Source: Candidatus Latescibacterota bacterium | GTDB lineage: Bacteria; Latescibacterota; UBA2968; UBA8231 | DNA: 64,000 nt | Assembly (NCBI GenBank): GCA_965197905.1 | Contig: CBDAOB010000005.1 | Coordinates: forward strand, 1,920,001 to 1,984,000 | Reading direction: 5' to 3' | Shown: positions 28,180 through 38,190 of the stretch, piece after piece | How the letters are laid out: each line of letters begins with the position of its first letter | Numbering within the stretch: the stretch's first letter is position 1 | The notes under the pieces: generated by a model | The model's database searches: none | Told to the model about the DNA's origin: nothing | The model's input: only the letters and a program-made list of their open reading frames with translations | Translations under genes and position numbers: made by a program

Positions 28180-29079
28180 ATGTGTGGCATAGCGGGAATC
28201 TTCTATAAACAAGACAGATCTCGGGACGTTGGCGGAGCATTAATCGAGATGCTCTACGGATGCCAGCATCGCGGGCAAGATTCCACCGGATTCGCTCTTT
28301 ATGGTGAACCGAACCCCGACCAACTAGTGCTCCGTTTCCTTGTAGAAGGGGCGGAGGCGAACGGCGCGATCGATCGCATTCACCAGGTCCTCGAGAAATT
28401 TGGCGCCACCCTGGTGGAGGCAGATCGCATTGGCAGCAACTACCGCGCCCGGGTGATTTTCACCGGCGACATCCGGGAATTGGCCTACGCGTTGGAAGAG
28501 GCCGCAAAAGTAATCTCCGTCGGAAAATGCCTCGATATCGTCAAAGACGTAGGAGATGCACACGAGGTGGATCGGCAGTACCAAGTACGGGGGTCGTACG
28601 GATCCCATGGAATCGGCCACGTTCGCCTCGCGACTGAGTCGGACGTCAAACCCGAAGCAGCCCATCCCTTCTGGGCAACCGGCTTCGCCGATATCGCCAT
28701 CGTGCACAACGGTCAGATAACCAACTATTGGAAGATGCGCCGGGCCCTGGAAAGCAAGGGGTACGAATTCCGCACCGAGAACGACAGCGAGCTGATTGCC
28801 GTTTTCCTGGCGGAGCGATTAAATCGAGGCATCGACCTCCACGACGTTCTGGCACAGAGTATCGAGGAACTCGATGGCACCTTCTCGTTTCTGGTGTCGA
28901 CCGACACAGAGCTTGGTTACGCCAAGGACAACCTCGCGGCAAAACCGATGGTCATGTTGGAGACGGACAGTCTCGTCGCCATAGCTTCCGAAGAGGTCTC
29001 GTTGAATCGGCTCTTCCCCGGTGAAACCATAGATACCACCGAACCTCTACCGGGCACCTACTTCACATGGTCCAAATAG
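28180..29079 (+). CDS. class II glutamine amidotransferase (GlxB/MgsA-like)
   Basis: N-terminal MCGIAG, HRGQDSTG, GHVRLATES, AHPF, VHNGQITNY, NDSELIA. Confidence 0.9.
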   Translation: MCGIAGIFYKQDRSRDVGGALIEMLYGCQHRGQDSTGFALYGEPNPDQLVLRFLVEGAEANGAIDRIHQVLEKFGATLVEADRIGSNYRARVIFTGDIRELAYALEEAAKVISVGKCLDIVKDVGDAHEVDRQYQVRGSYGSHGIGHVRLATESDVKPEAAHPFWATGFADIAIVHNGQITNYWKMRRALESKGYEFRTENDSELIAVFLAERLNRGIDLHDVLAQSIEELDGTFSFLVSTDTELGYAKDNLAAKPMVMLETDSLVAIASEEVSLNRLFPGETIDTTEPLPGTYFTWSK

Positions 29080-31043
29080 ATCTGGCTCGACTTTCCATCA
29101 CCGAGGCCAACCGCCAGATGAAAGCGATGGCCGCGGAGGGACAGGATATCGAGGTGCTGAATCCGGATGCTCGCCATCACATCGGGGTTGGGTTGGTCGC
29201 GCCCGTCACCGTGCGAGTGCGCGGATCTGCGGGCTATTTCTGCGCCGGGTTGGCCGATGGCGCACGCTTCGAGGTCGAAGGCAATGCAGGATGGGGCCTG
29301 GCGGACAACATGTACAACGGCACCGTGTCGGTCAGCGGGAATGCCAGCACCATAGCCGGAGTGGCGATTCGCGGCGCCGAAGTGGTCGTGAAGGGAAACC
29401 TGGGATCTCGAGCCGGGCAGGTCATGAAGGCGGGCACCCTCTGTTGCGCCGGAAACGCCAGCTTCATGGCTGGGTATATGATGTACGGGGGGCGCATCAT
29501 TGTCCTGGGTGACTCCGGCGAAAAGGTTGGTGAGGATATGATCGGCGGGGAGATTTTCGTTGGCGGCAAGCTGCAATCGCTGGGATCGGATGCCCGAGAG
29601 TTGGATGTTTCAGGCGCCGAGTCCTCCGCGGTTGCAGAATTCCTCGACAGACATCGCGTCTCCCATTCCGGCCGCTTCAGGAAGGTGGGCAACGCCGGCA
29701 CTAAACTGCGCTACAAAGGCGAGGAAGAGAGGATTCGGCCGATACCCTTTTTCAACTTTTCGGGTGATGCGCCGTACTGGAATCGCAAGGTTCAAGAAGA
29801 CATCTTCGTCAAATCCAAGATTGGCCGCTACCGAATCCGCGGGTACGGGGCGGCGCGGCGGCTTCCGCATTTTTCGGACATCGGCTTCAGGTCAGATCTC
29901 TCCGCAACCGTCGACAATGAGAACCTGCTGGAGAAAGTCAAGCTCGACCTGCGGATCGGCGACAAGAGCGGTGCAGACCCATTGGAGCTGAGCATGCCGG
30001 TCATGGTCGCGGCCATGAGCTACGGAGCCCTTAGCAAGTCGACCAAGATCGCCTTGTCGATCGCTTCTCGCCTCTCCGGGATATCGGAAAACACCGGTGA
30101 AGGCGGATTGACGGACGAGCAGCGACAAGAGGCCGACCAGGTGATCATGCAATGCCTCGGCGGCCGACTGGGGTGGAACATTCACGACATGCTGCGCGCC
30201 AACGCACTGGAAATATACATCTCCCAGGGAGCAAAACCGGGCTTCGGGGGCCAGCTGCTGGCGAAGAAGGTCACTCGCGAGCTTGCCGAGATTCGCGGCA
30301 TTCCAGAAGGGATCGATCTGAAATCTCCTTCTCGCCACCCGGACATCCTCGGCGCCGACGATCTGGTTATCAAGATACAGGAGTTGAGAGAAGCGACCGA
30401 CTACCGCCTTCCGGTCAGCCTGAAGCTCGGCGCCGGTCGCGTTCGGGACGATATCAAGATCGCACTTAAGTCGACGGCGGATTTCGTCGAGCTGGACGGG
30501 TCCCAAGGTTCGACGGGAGCTTCCAGCTCCGAGGTGCTGGAGTACGTCGGCATACCCACCCTGGCCGCTATTCAGGAAGCGATGGATGCGTTGGCGGAGA
30601 TCGGGCGGTCGGGCGAATTGCCCGTCGTTTTGATGGGTGGTATCAAAGATGGCGTCGACGTCGCCAAAGCCCTGGCGCTGGGTGCCTCCGCCACAGCCAT
30701 GGGAACGGCGCTGATAATCGCCGGCGGATGTATATCCTGCATGCAGTGTCATGCGGGAACCTGTGTCGTGGGGATCGCCACCCAGGACGCGATCCACGAG
30801 AGCAGGTACGACGTTCCGGCAGAGGCCAGAAACATCCACCACTTTCTCGAACATGTGCGCTGGCAACTGGCATCTATAGTTCATCGGCTCGGTTATGATG
30901 ACTTTCGTCAGCTTTCCAGGAGCGATCTCGTGGCCCTGACACCGGAAGCCGCGGCGATAACACGGTTGCCCTACGCACCGGAGTATCGCCGTCTGCCCAC
31001 CCCCTTCTCCCAGGTCAAGCCGCTGCTAGCCGAGAGGTTCTGA
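29067..31043 (+). CDS. fusion of a GXGXG beta-helix (GlxC-like) and an FMN-binding glutamate synthase domain (GlxD-like)
   Basis: Gly-rich repeats in the first ~200 aa; AMSYGALS, NTGEGG, SQGAKPGFGG, CISCMQCHAGTCVVGIATQ. Confidence 0.88.
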   Translation: MVQIDLARLSITEANRQMKAMAAEGQDIEVLNPDARHHIGVGLVAPVTVRVRGSAGYFCAGLADGARFEVEGNAGWGLADNMYNGTVSVSGNASTIAGVAIRGAEVVVKGNLGSRAGQVMKAGTLCCAGNASFMAGYMMYGGRIIVLGDSGEKVGEDMIGGEIFVGGKLQSLGSDARELDVSGAESSAVAEFLDRHRVSHSGRFRKVGNAGTKLRYKGEEERIRPIPFFNFSGDAPYWNRKVQEDIFVKSKIGRYRIRGYGAARRLPHFSDIGFRSDLSATVDNENLLEKVKLDLRIGDKSGADPLELSMPVMVAAMSYGALSKSTKIALSIASRLSGISENTGEGGLTDEQRQEADQVIMQCLGGRLGWNIHDMLRANALEIYISQGAKPGFGGQLLAKKVTRELAEIRGIPEGIDLKSPSRHPDILGADDLVIKIQELREATDYRLPVSLKLGAGRVRDDIKIALKSTADFVELDGSQGSTGASSSEVLEYVGIPTLAAIQEAMDALAEIGRSGELPVVLMGGIKDGVDVAKALALGASATAMGTALIIAGGCISCMQCHAGTCVVGIATQDAIHESRYDVPAEARNIHHFLEHVRWQLASIVHRLGYDDFRQLSRSDLVALTPEAAAITRLPYAPEYRRLPTPFSQVKPLLAERF

Positions 31044-33556
31044 TGACCAGCAGCTGCTCGCTCGACGAGACCGTTCCGCTGGAGCTCGTCGACGATACCA
31101 ACGACACCCACTTCGTGCCGGCTCCCTGCCAGGTTGCGTGCCCCATTGGCACCGACGCTCCCTCCTACATCGGCTACATCTGGGAGGGAAACCTGGAAGG
31201 AGCATTGGAAGCGATCAGTGCAACCAATCCGTTCAGCTCTATCTGCGGACGAGTGTGCGACGCCCCCTGCGAGCCGGCCTGCCGTCGGGCCGATAGCGAC
31301 GGCCCGATCGCCATCCGCAATCTGAAGCGGTATGTAATGGACCGTTTGGGACCCTCCTTCTCCCTGCCACTCGCCGCAGTTTCCAGAAAACAGTCGGTCG
31401 CCATCGTCGGCGGAGGCCCATCCGGACTAACTGCCGCCCAGGATTTGGCCGAAGCCGGCTACTCGGTCGACCTCTACGAGATGTCGGACCGCCTGGGGGG
31501 CATGATGGTATGGGGCATTCCAGCCTTCCGGCTGCCCCCTGCCGTAATTCAAGAGGATATCGATCGAATCCTGAACCATTGCCCCGGCATTGACGTTCAC
31601 CTCGAGCACCGCCTGGGCCACGAGGTAACGCTGGAGGCACTAAAGTCGACCCACGACGCAGTGATCCTTGCCATAGGCGCCTGGTGGGGCAAAAAGATGG
31701 GACTGCCGGGAGAAGACAGCGAACTGGTAGTGGACGGTGTGAGTTTTCTCCGTCGCGTCAACGGGGGCGAGCGGCCCGAGATGCCCCCCAGTGTGCTCGT
31801 AATCGGCGGCGGCGACGTGGCCATGGACGCCTGCCGCGTCGTCAAACGGCTTCCCGGCTGCCGCGAGGTAACGGTCGTCTACCGCCGCGGACCCCACGAG
31901 ATTCCGGCACGCCGGGACGAGCTTGAAGGCGCGATCAAAGAATCGGTTGCGTTCGTCTACAATACCCAACCGGTGGAATTCGTAACCTCCCGCGCTGGCG
32001 TAAAGGTGCGATGCCTGCGGACGGAGTTGGGCGAACCGGATCCTGATGGACGGCGGCGACCGCTGCCGATTCCAGGTTCCGATCACGAAATCGAATGCGG
32101 TCTGGTGATTGCTGCCGTCGGCCAACGTACCGAATGTGTCGAATTGGAACGCACCGGCTTGATGACGGGCGACCAGATTAAGGCAAACGCTGTTACAACC
32201 TCTACTTCGAGCGCCAAGGTCTTTGCTACCGGCGACGGAGCGTTTGGTCCATCCACGTTGGTAAACGCGATGTACCTAGGTCATCGAACTGCCTATTACG
32301 TCAAGTCCTTCTTGGAGGGCCACAGGGACCCCCTTCCTTATGCGACCCCGTACCGGACGAGGCGAGTCCCCGTTTCCCAGGATCCACGCTGGGAGATCAT
32401 CAACCGCATCGACCAGCCGTTCCACGGAACTGGAAGCTCGCCGATCGATTTTCCCGAAATCGAATCCACCTACACGCCAGAACAAGCTAAGGACGAAGCA
32501 GCTCGATGTTATCGGTGCGACGTGGAAAACGGCACTAGCGAGTACTCTGTCATCGCCCGTGAAGACATCTTTATCATGACCCGCACCGGCGATGCCCAAC
32601 ACTCGGTGCGTGAGTCGATGCTGCAGCGTCGTCTACGCAGCGAAGAAAACCCTTTCCATCCGGAGCGACCTCCAACCCTGGACGATATCCATATTCTTCC
32701 CGCGAATCTCTCGCGTCTCGTCATTGATCCGTATCGTGAAGACTGCCGCATGCGAACGATCATCGGATCGGAAATGCGACTCGAGATCCCGTTTTTAGTC
32801 GGCGGATTTGACCAGGCCCCAGAACAGATCAAAAACGGACTTGGCCAGGCGCTCGCAACGAACGGGTGCGCCTATCTGGGCGAGGGGCCGCTGCTCCCAG
32901 GGATACCGTGGCTTCAACTGCTGACACCTGGCAGCGATCCCCGCGACGATGCTGCCGGCATCGTCGGCAACCCGGAGCAGATCAGTGCTCGGCGACGTCC
33001 CGAAGGACAGTTGCTGGGAATGTGGGTCCACGTCGGCGACGTGCCAGCAGCCGTTGCTACGGCGCTCGAGGCGAAGTGCGATTTCTTGCTGCTGGACGCA
33101 ACATCCGGCATCTCAACCCCTTGGCCAGAACTCAGCTCGACTTCCGACCTGGAGGTCTTACGCGATGCCATCACCCTCCTTCGCAAGGCGAAGAGAGAGG
33201 AGGAGATCGACGTCCTCTATTTCGGCGGGATCCGTTCAGGAACCGACGCCGCAAAAGCCATCGCCCTGGGCAGCGAGGCGGTTGTCCTGGGCGTCGCGGT
33301 CGCCCTGGCGATGGGGGGAACGCTCACCTCCGCAGGAGAATGTCTGTTTCCAACCGCGAATGCCATCGACCAGTATGCCGAACACGCCTCGAACTTTCTC
33401 CAGGCCTGCGCCGGCGAAGCTTCGATGATGGCACGAAGTACCGGAAAGACGAAGGTGCACAGCCTCGAACCGGAAGATCTGAAAGCCATCACGATTGCTA
33501 CTGCAACCGCGGCCGGCATTCCTCTCATCGGAACCCGGTCGGCACCTTCCGATTGA
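31043..33556 (+). CDS. GltD-like Fe-S/FAD/NAD(P)H oxidoreductase fused to a degenerate glutamate synthase FMN barrel
   Basis: PCQVACP, CGRVCDAPCEPAC, GGGPSG, GGGDVAMD, EAARCYRC; C-terminal GGIRSGTDAAKAIALG and LEPEDL. Confidence 0.85.
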   Translation: MTSSCSLDETVPLELVDDTNDTHFVPAPCQVACPIGTDAPSYIGYIWEGNLEGALEAISATNPFSSICGRVCDAPCEPACRRADSDGPIAIRNLKRYVMDRLGPSFSLPLAAVSRKQSVAIVGGGPSGLTAAQDLAEAGYSVDLYEMSDRLGGMMVWGIPAFRLPPAVIQEDIDRILNHCPGIDVHLEHRLGHEVTLEALKSTHDAVILAIGAWWGKKMGLPGEDSELVVDGVSFLRRVNGGERPEMPPSVLVIGGGDVAMDACRVVKRLPGCREVTVVYRRGPHEIPARRDELEGAIKESVAFVYNTQPVEFVTSRAGVKVRCLRTELGEPDPDGRRRPLPIPGSDHEIECGLVIAAVGQRTECVELERTGLMTGDQIKANAVTTSTSSAKVFATGDGAFGPSTLVNAMYLGHRTAYYVKSFLEGHRDPLPYATPYRTRRVPVSQDPRWEIINRIDQPFHGTGSSPIDFPEIESTYTPEQAKDEAARCYRCDVENGTSEYSVIAREDIFIMTRTGDAQHSVRESMLQRRLRSEENPFHPERPPTLDDIHILPANLSRLVIDPYREDCRMRTIIGSEMRLEIPFLVGGFDQAPEQIKNGLGQALATNGCAYLGEGPLLPGIPWLQLLTPGSDPRDDAAGIVGNPEQISARRRPEGQLLGMWVHVGDVPAAVATALEAKCDFLLLDATSGISTPWPELSSTSDLEVLRDAITLLRKAKREEEIDVLYFGGIRSGTDAAKAIALGSEAVVLGVAVALAMGGTLTSAGECLFPTANAIDQYAEHASNFLQACAGEASMMARSTGKTKVHSLEPEDLKAITIATATAAGIPLIGTRSAPSD

Positions 33557-33596
33557 AGCAACGGCCAGAGCCTCCTCCTAATCGGTTCGTCGTCGG

Positions 33597-34469
33597 CTAG
33601 GGCAACCCGTACAACCCCCCCAGACTCGCTAACAGCCATAGGAGAAGCGTCACTTGCAACGGACGGTCGGTCCATATCACGGCCGTCGGGTTGTCCCCTT
33701 CACCCTCCTGGTAAACCAGGTACAGATATCGTAGAAGCCCGTAGAGCACAAATGGAATCGTCCATTGCATTTGCCGAGAGGCCTGGACTCCCTCCCCAAC
33801 CCCCATGGCATACAACGCATAGCAGACCAGTGTCGCGGAAGTCAATATGGAGATGATCTGATCGAGGTACGGGACACTGTATTCGGCCAGTATCGATCTG
33901 GAGGTGGCGGCAACGCCAGCTTGACCCGAGAGTTCCTGGCGGCGTTTCGTCACCGCGAGAAACAGCGCCAGGGTGAAGGAACAAAGGATGAACCATGTCG
34001 ATATGTACACCTCTATGATGAGGCCGCCGCCCAGGGCGCGAAGCAGATAGCCGGAAGCCACGATCAGGACATCGAGCAATACGACCTGTTTCAACTTCCA
34101 CGAATAGAGCGCGTTCAGCACCGTGTAGATCAGTACCACCCACCCGAATTCGCGGTTGAGATACCACGCCCATGTCATGCCTATAATTGCCAGGATCACC
34201 GAGAAGATCGCGGCGCTATAAACGCTGATCCTACCTGCTGCGAGCGGCCGTTGCGACTTGGTCGGGTGTCGCCTGTCGAATTCCCGGTCCGAAATATCGT
34301 TGACCAAATAGATGGCGCTGCTGGCAAACACGAAACATGCCACTCCGGCCAGTGCGGCGCCGGCAAACGACCAGTCGAAGATATGCTTGGAAAAGATCAG
34401 CGCGGGAAGGACGAACAGATTTTTTACCCACTGCCGGGGGCGAAGCGACAGCAGGATCTGCAGGAGCAT
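33597..34469 (-). CDS. UbiA-family decaprenyl-phosphate phosphoribosyltransferase-like protein
   Basis: LRPRQWVKNLFV, YLVNDISDREFDRRHPTKSQRPLAAG, KRRQEL. Confidence 0.9.
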   Translation of the reverse strand: MLLQILLSLRPRQWVKNLFVLPALIFSKHIFDWSFAGAALAGVACFVFASSAIYLVNDISDREFDRRHPTKSQRPLAAGRISVYSAAIFSVILAIIGMTWAWYLNREFGWVVLIYTVLNALYSWKLKQVVLLDVLIVASGYLLRALGGGLIIEVYISTWFILCSFTLALFLAVTKRRQELSGQAGVAATSRSILAEYSVPYLDQIISILTSATLVCYALYAMGVGEGVQASRQMQWTIPFVLYGLLRYLYLVYQEGEGDNPTAVIWTDRPLQVTLLLWLLASLGGLYGLP

Positions 34470-34551
34470 CTAGCCAACGAAGGCGCGGTGCTCAGGTGTG
34501 CGCGGCGAAGCTGGCAGTTGTCCAGAAGTGGCGTGTGCTAATGCAGCGAGG

Positions 34552-35196
34552 TCAGAAATGGGAATCCGCGTCCTCGATCGAGCGATCGCCCCCTTGTTGT
34601 TTGGCGTCATCGAGAGCTATCGCCAACTTCCGCAAGAAAGCTTCGGTCACATCCTTTACGCTGATCTCATCCCCTTCGCCACTGGGCACCCTGGAAACGA
34701 TGCCCATGCTAAGGGTTAGCGACATGGGGTTGCCCTCAACCTCGAAGCGTTGGGAGACGATCTTTGCGCGTAGCGTCAAGCTTCTTCGCTTCGCCCGATC
34801 GCGATCTGTTTTCGGCATGACGATGATGAAATTCGAACCGTCGCTGTGAACCAGTCGCTCACCCTTGTCCAGGTTCTGTTTCATGAACTCCGCGACCGCT
34901 TTAATGATCTGATCGCCCCCCTTGCGCCCGAATTTCTGGTTGACCTCTCCCAATCCATCGGGAGCCAACATGATGCACGCCAATGATTGTCCCTCCACGT
35001 TGGCGGAGCTAACTAGCTGCGGAAAGAGGGCGGTGGAGAAATAGACCTTGTTCGGCAGACCCGTAAGATCCTCAGTGCCAGCAATGCGCATCCAACGCCG
35101 GTTGCTGGCCTTGAGCCGGGAGTTCTCTTCCTTTAGCCGGGCAATCTCAGCTTCCGGCTCGCCGATATTGCCGGCACCTGTCGTTTCTTCAGCCAT
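34552..35196 (-). CDS. coiled coil plus degenerate GGDEF domain protein
   Basis: DLTGLPNK, EVNQKFGRKGGDQII, TLSMGI, AKQQGGD; signature reads DGSNF. Confidence 0.8.
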   Translation of the reverse strand: MAEETTGAGNIGEPEAEIARLKEENSRLKASNRRWMRIAGTEDLTGLPNKVYFSTALFPQLVSSANVEGQSLACIMLAPDGLGEVNQKFGRKGGDQIIKAVAEFMKQNLDKGERLVHSDGSNFIIVMPKTDRDRAKRRSLTLRAKIVSQRFEVEGNPMSLTLSMGIVSRVPSGEGDEISVKDVTEAFLRKLAIALDDAKQQGGDRSIEDADSHF

Positions 35197-35329
35197 CGAT
35201 TTTCAGGGGTAATCGGAACCGCAGAGGGGCATGTTATGCTTGCCGCCCCAATATTTCATACATAAATTAATTTCATTCAAGACCTTCCCGCAAGTCTCAT
35301 GATTTCCCGCCGAACATTGCGAGCCCACT

Positions 35330-35815
35330 GTGCTTTCTACCGACGTCGTTCTCTTTGGTCTTCCCGCAGTAGGAGTTGTGCTCGGGGCCCTGTCAGTTCT
35401 TACTTATCTGAGGAGAAAAAAGCAACGAAGGCGAGATCTGCGGCTGGTCGCGGGCCAATCCAGATTGCTTGGTGATCAGATTTCGGAACGCTTGAGTCTG
35501 CTGGATCAGTACCAACCCGCGCTTCGGGCGGAGGCTGAGCATTCGTTGGACATGTTACAGGTCGGGCTGATCGATCGACAGGCGCATTTACTGAACTTCG
35601 AAGATCTTGCCATGTTGCAACGGTACAAACTCGAGATACAGGAGTCCACGGCGCGCGACTGTGCAGCCCAACCTTCGGTCCGGCCACCCGCACCCCCCAA
35701 GGAAAAAGAGATCCCAACTCCTCCGGTGACTCGAACAGAGCTTGAAGACCAGCTCTTGGAAAAGATCAATCAGCTCAATAGCTCACCGAAGAAACCGCGA
35801 CGACCCCGGAGATAA
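35330..35815 (+). CDS. hypothetical protein with N-terminal membrane anchor
   Basis: Fills the gap between the GGDEF gene and frr; TM helix followed by RRKKQRRR, helical region, Pro-rich linker. Confidence 0.6.
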   Translation: MLSTDVVLFGLPAVGVVLGALSVLTYLRRKKQRRRDLRLVAGQSRLLGDQISERLSLLDQYQPALRAEAEHSLDMLQVGLIDRQAHLLNFEDLAMLQRYKLEIQESTARDCAAQPSVRPPAPPKEKEIPTPPVTRTELEDQLLEKINQLNSSPKKPRRPRR

Positions 35816-35864
35816 ATTTAAGCGGATCACGACTGGCGAAGTCCGCGGGGCTGTCGTTCCGCCC

Positions 35865-36425
35865 CTAAACCTCCATAATCTCCCTTTCCTTCGCCGCAAT
35901 AAAACCATCCACCTGCCCGATGAAATCGTCCGTGATTTTCTGTATGTCATCCTGGGCATGCCGCGCTTCGTCCTCGGAGACCTCGCCCTCTTTCTTGGCA
36001 TCCGCCAACAGATCGAGTCCGTCGCGACGTCCGTGGCGAACCGCAACCCGCCCCTCTTCAGCTCGGTGGCGGGCCACCTTGGTTATCTCCCGCCGGCGTT
36101 CCTCGGTCAGTTCCGGAATTGGAACGCGGATCACCGTACCGTCGTTGCCGGGATTCAGCCCCAGGGAGGCCTCAGAACGAATCGCCTTTTCGATGCCTGG
36201 TATCAGGTTTTGCTCCCAGGGTTTTATGAGTATCAGGCGCGGCTCGGGCACACTGAGATTGGCGACCTGATTCAGGGGCGTCTGCGTTCCATAATAGTCA
36301 ATGCGGATGCCGTCCAATAGATTGACCGACGCTCGTCCGGTTCGTATGGCCGCCAGGTCGCGTCGCAAGGCCTCCATTGAAAGCTCCATATGCTCGCGAG
36401 TTTCTGCAATAATCTCGTCAATCAT
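35865..36425 (-). CDS. frr: ribosome recycling factor
   Basis: IRTGRAS, DYYGTQTPLNQVA, PELTEERR, KEREIMEV. Confidence 0.97.
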   Translation of the reverse strand: MIDEIIAETREHMELSMEALRRDLAAIRTGRASVNLLDGIRIDYYGTQTPLNQVANLSVPEPRLILIKPWEQNLIPGIEKAIRSEASLGLNPGNDGTVIRVPIPELTEERRREITKVARHRAEEGRVAVRHGRRDGLDLLADAKKEGEVSEDEARHAQDDIQKITDDFIGQVDGFIAAKEREIMEV

Positions 36426-36537
36426 TGCCAACCCCACTCTGAAGATCGAAGTGTTGCCAGACGCCCAAGGGATCCTGGGTCTCGCGCCAGGCGAAAGCTC
36501 GAACAGCGTCCGTTGCCGGATCGAACGCCGGGAGGCC

Positions 36538-37140
36538 TTAGTCTTCCTCTCCTAGGCGGTAACAGGCGAACCGCCGGACCGATAACTTCTCGCCTATCTT
36601 TGCGGTCATTTCGGCGATCAAGTCGGCGATCGTTTGGTCCTGATTCTTTACGAAAGATTGTTCCATCAGGCAAACCTCTTGATAGTACTTTTCCAGGCGA
36701 CCGGAGACGATCTTTTCCGCAATGTGATCCGGTTTTCCCTCGTTTTCGGCCTGTTCCGCGTAGATATCCTGTTCCTTCTGAATAACCGCGCCGTCGATTC
36801 CGCCGCGATCAACCGCGATAGGTCTCGAAGCCGCAATATGCATTGCCAGATCCTTTGAGAGCTGTTGAAAATCGTCTGTCCGCGCGACAAAATCGGTTTC
36901 GCAATTCACCTCCACGAGAACCCCCAACCGGCTGCCCGGGTGGATGTAGGATGCGACTACGCCTTCGCTGGCTTCCCGACCCGCTCGTTTCTCCACCGCG
37001 GCCATACCTTTCTTGCGCAAATACTCAACTGCTTTCTCGGAGTCCCCGTCTGTCTCCTGCAATGCCTTTTTGCAGTCCATCATTCCGAGACCGGTTCTTT
37101 CCCGCAACTCCTTCACCAGTTTCGCCGTTATTTCTGCCAT
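36538..37140 (-). CDS. tsf: elongation factor Ts (short form)
   Basis: VKELRERTGLGMMDCKKAL, VEVNCETDFVA. Confidence 0.98.
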   Translation of the reverse strand: MAEITAKLVKELRERTGLGMMDCKKALQETDGDSEKAVEYLRKKGMAAVEKRAGREASEGVVASYIHPGSRLGVLVEVNCETDFVARTDDFQQLSKDLAMHIAASRPIAVDRGGIDGAVIQKEQDIYAEQAENEGKPDHIAEKIVSGRLEKYYQEVCLMEQSFVKNQDQTIADLIAEMTAKIGEKLSVRRFACYRLGEED

Positions 37141-37176
37141 GTCTTGATCCAGTCGTTCTTCCCGCGCCGCCGCGCC

Positions 37177-37959
37177 TTAGGTTGCCACCGCATCTTGGGG
37201 TTGTGTTTGAGCCTCGCGCCCGCCATCGACCGCTCCCTCCTCACTCGCTTCAGCAGCTTCTTTGTCTGCTGCTTCCTTGGTCGCCCGGCCTTCGATCGCA
37301 GCATCGGCAATAATTCTTGTGATGACACTGATCGAACGCAGCGCGTCATCGTTGCCCGGAATGGGACAGGTCACCGAATCGGGATCGCAGTTGGTATCGA
37401 CTATCGCCACCGAGGGCACGCCCAGCTTTTGCGCCTCTTGGACCGCGATATGTTCCTTCTTCACGTCGACGACAAAGACGAGTCCCGGCAGACCGGTTAA
37501 TTGTCGAATGCCCGAAAGCGTCTTCAATAGCCTGCCCCGCTCCTTCTCTAACAGCAGCACTTCCTTCTTTTTCAGCTTTTCGTAAGTGCCGTCAGTGGAA
37601 ATTCGATCCAGGTAATCCAGATGTCTTATGCTCTGGCGGATCGTCTGCCAGTTGGTCAACATGCCCCCTAACCAGCGTTCGGTCACGTAAAACATGCCGC
37701 TGCGCTCGGCTTCTTGGCGGACGATGTCCACGGCTTGTTTCTTGGTGCCCACGAATAAGACCGGTTTGCCCGCCCTCACCGTGTTCATTACGAACTCGTA
37801 GGCCTCCCGCAGCTTGTCGAGGGTTTTTTGCAAGTCGATGATATGGATTCCGTTTCGTTCCGTGAAGATATATGGGTCCATTTTCGGATTCCATCGGCGG
37901 GTCTGGTGACCAAAGTGAGTCCCAGCTTCAAGAAGTTCGCGAATATCGAATTCGGCCAT
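37177..37959 (-). CDS. rpsB: 30S ribosomal protein S2
   Basis: LLEAGTHFGHQTRRWNPKM, RWLGGMLTN, DTNCDP, PGNDDA. Confidence 0.99.
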   Translation of the reverse strand: MAEFDIRELLEAGTHFGHQTRRWNPKMDPYIFTERNGIHIIDLQKTLDKLREAYEFVMNTVRAGKPVLFVGTKKQAVDIVRQEAERSGMFYVTERWLGGMLTNWQTIRQSIRHLDYLDRISTDGTYEKLKKKEVLLLEKERGRLLKTLSGIRQLTGLPGLVFVVDVKKEHIAVQEAQKLGVPSVAIVDTNCDPDSVTCPIPGNDDALRSISVITRIIADAAIEGRATKEAADKEAAEASEEGAVDGGREAQTQPQDAVAT

Positions 37960-38097
37960 CTAGTTCCTCTCTTCAGATATGCCAGTCTCCGCGATCCAGT
38001 TCAGATTCACCGGAGCGACAGTACTATCCAAAACGATGGTGTTGTCAGGAATATAGACGCGCCTTGCGCCCAAACCGGAAGGAAACTGTCGACTGCT

Positions 38098-38175
38098 GTT
38101 CATCCTCCGCCTCTGTCGCCTAGCCGCGGAATTCCCATGGGGAACACAACCACGGCCATCGAAAGGCGTGTGTAT
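38098..38175 (-). promoter_or_regulatory. putative rpsB (S2) autoregulatory leader
   Basis: ACACACGCC...long stem...GGCGGAGG layout resembling rpsB leaders. Confidence 0.5.
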
Positions 38176-38190
38176 TTATTCGGATCGACT

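Noticed and set aside
27861..33600. Genomic island integrated at tRNA-Ala
   Set aside because: No integrase and no visible duplicate of the tRNA 3' end downstream; the module may still be horizontally acquired.
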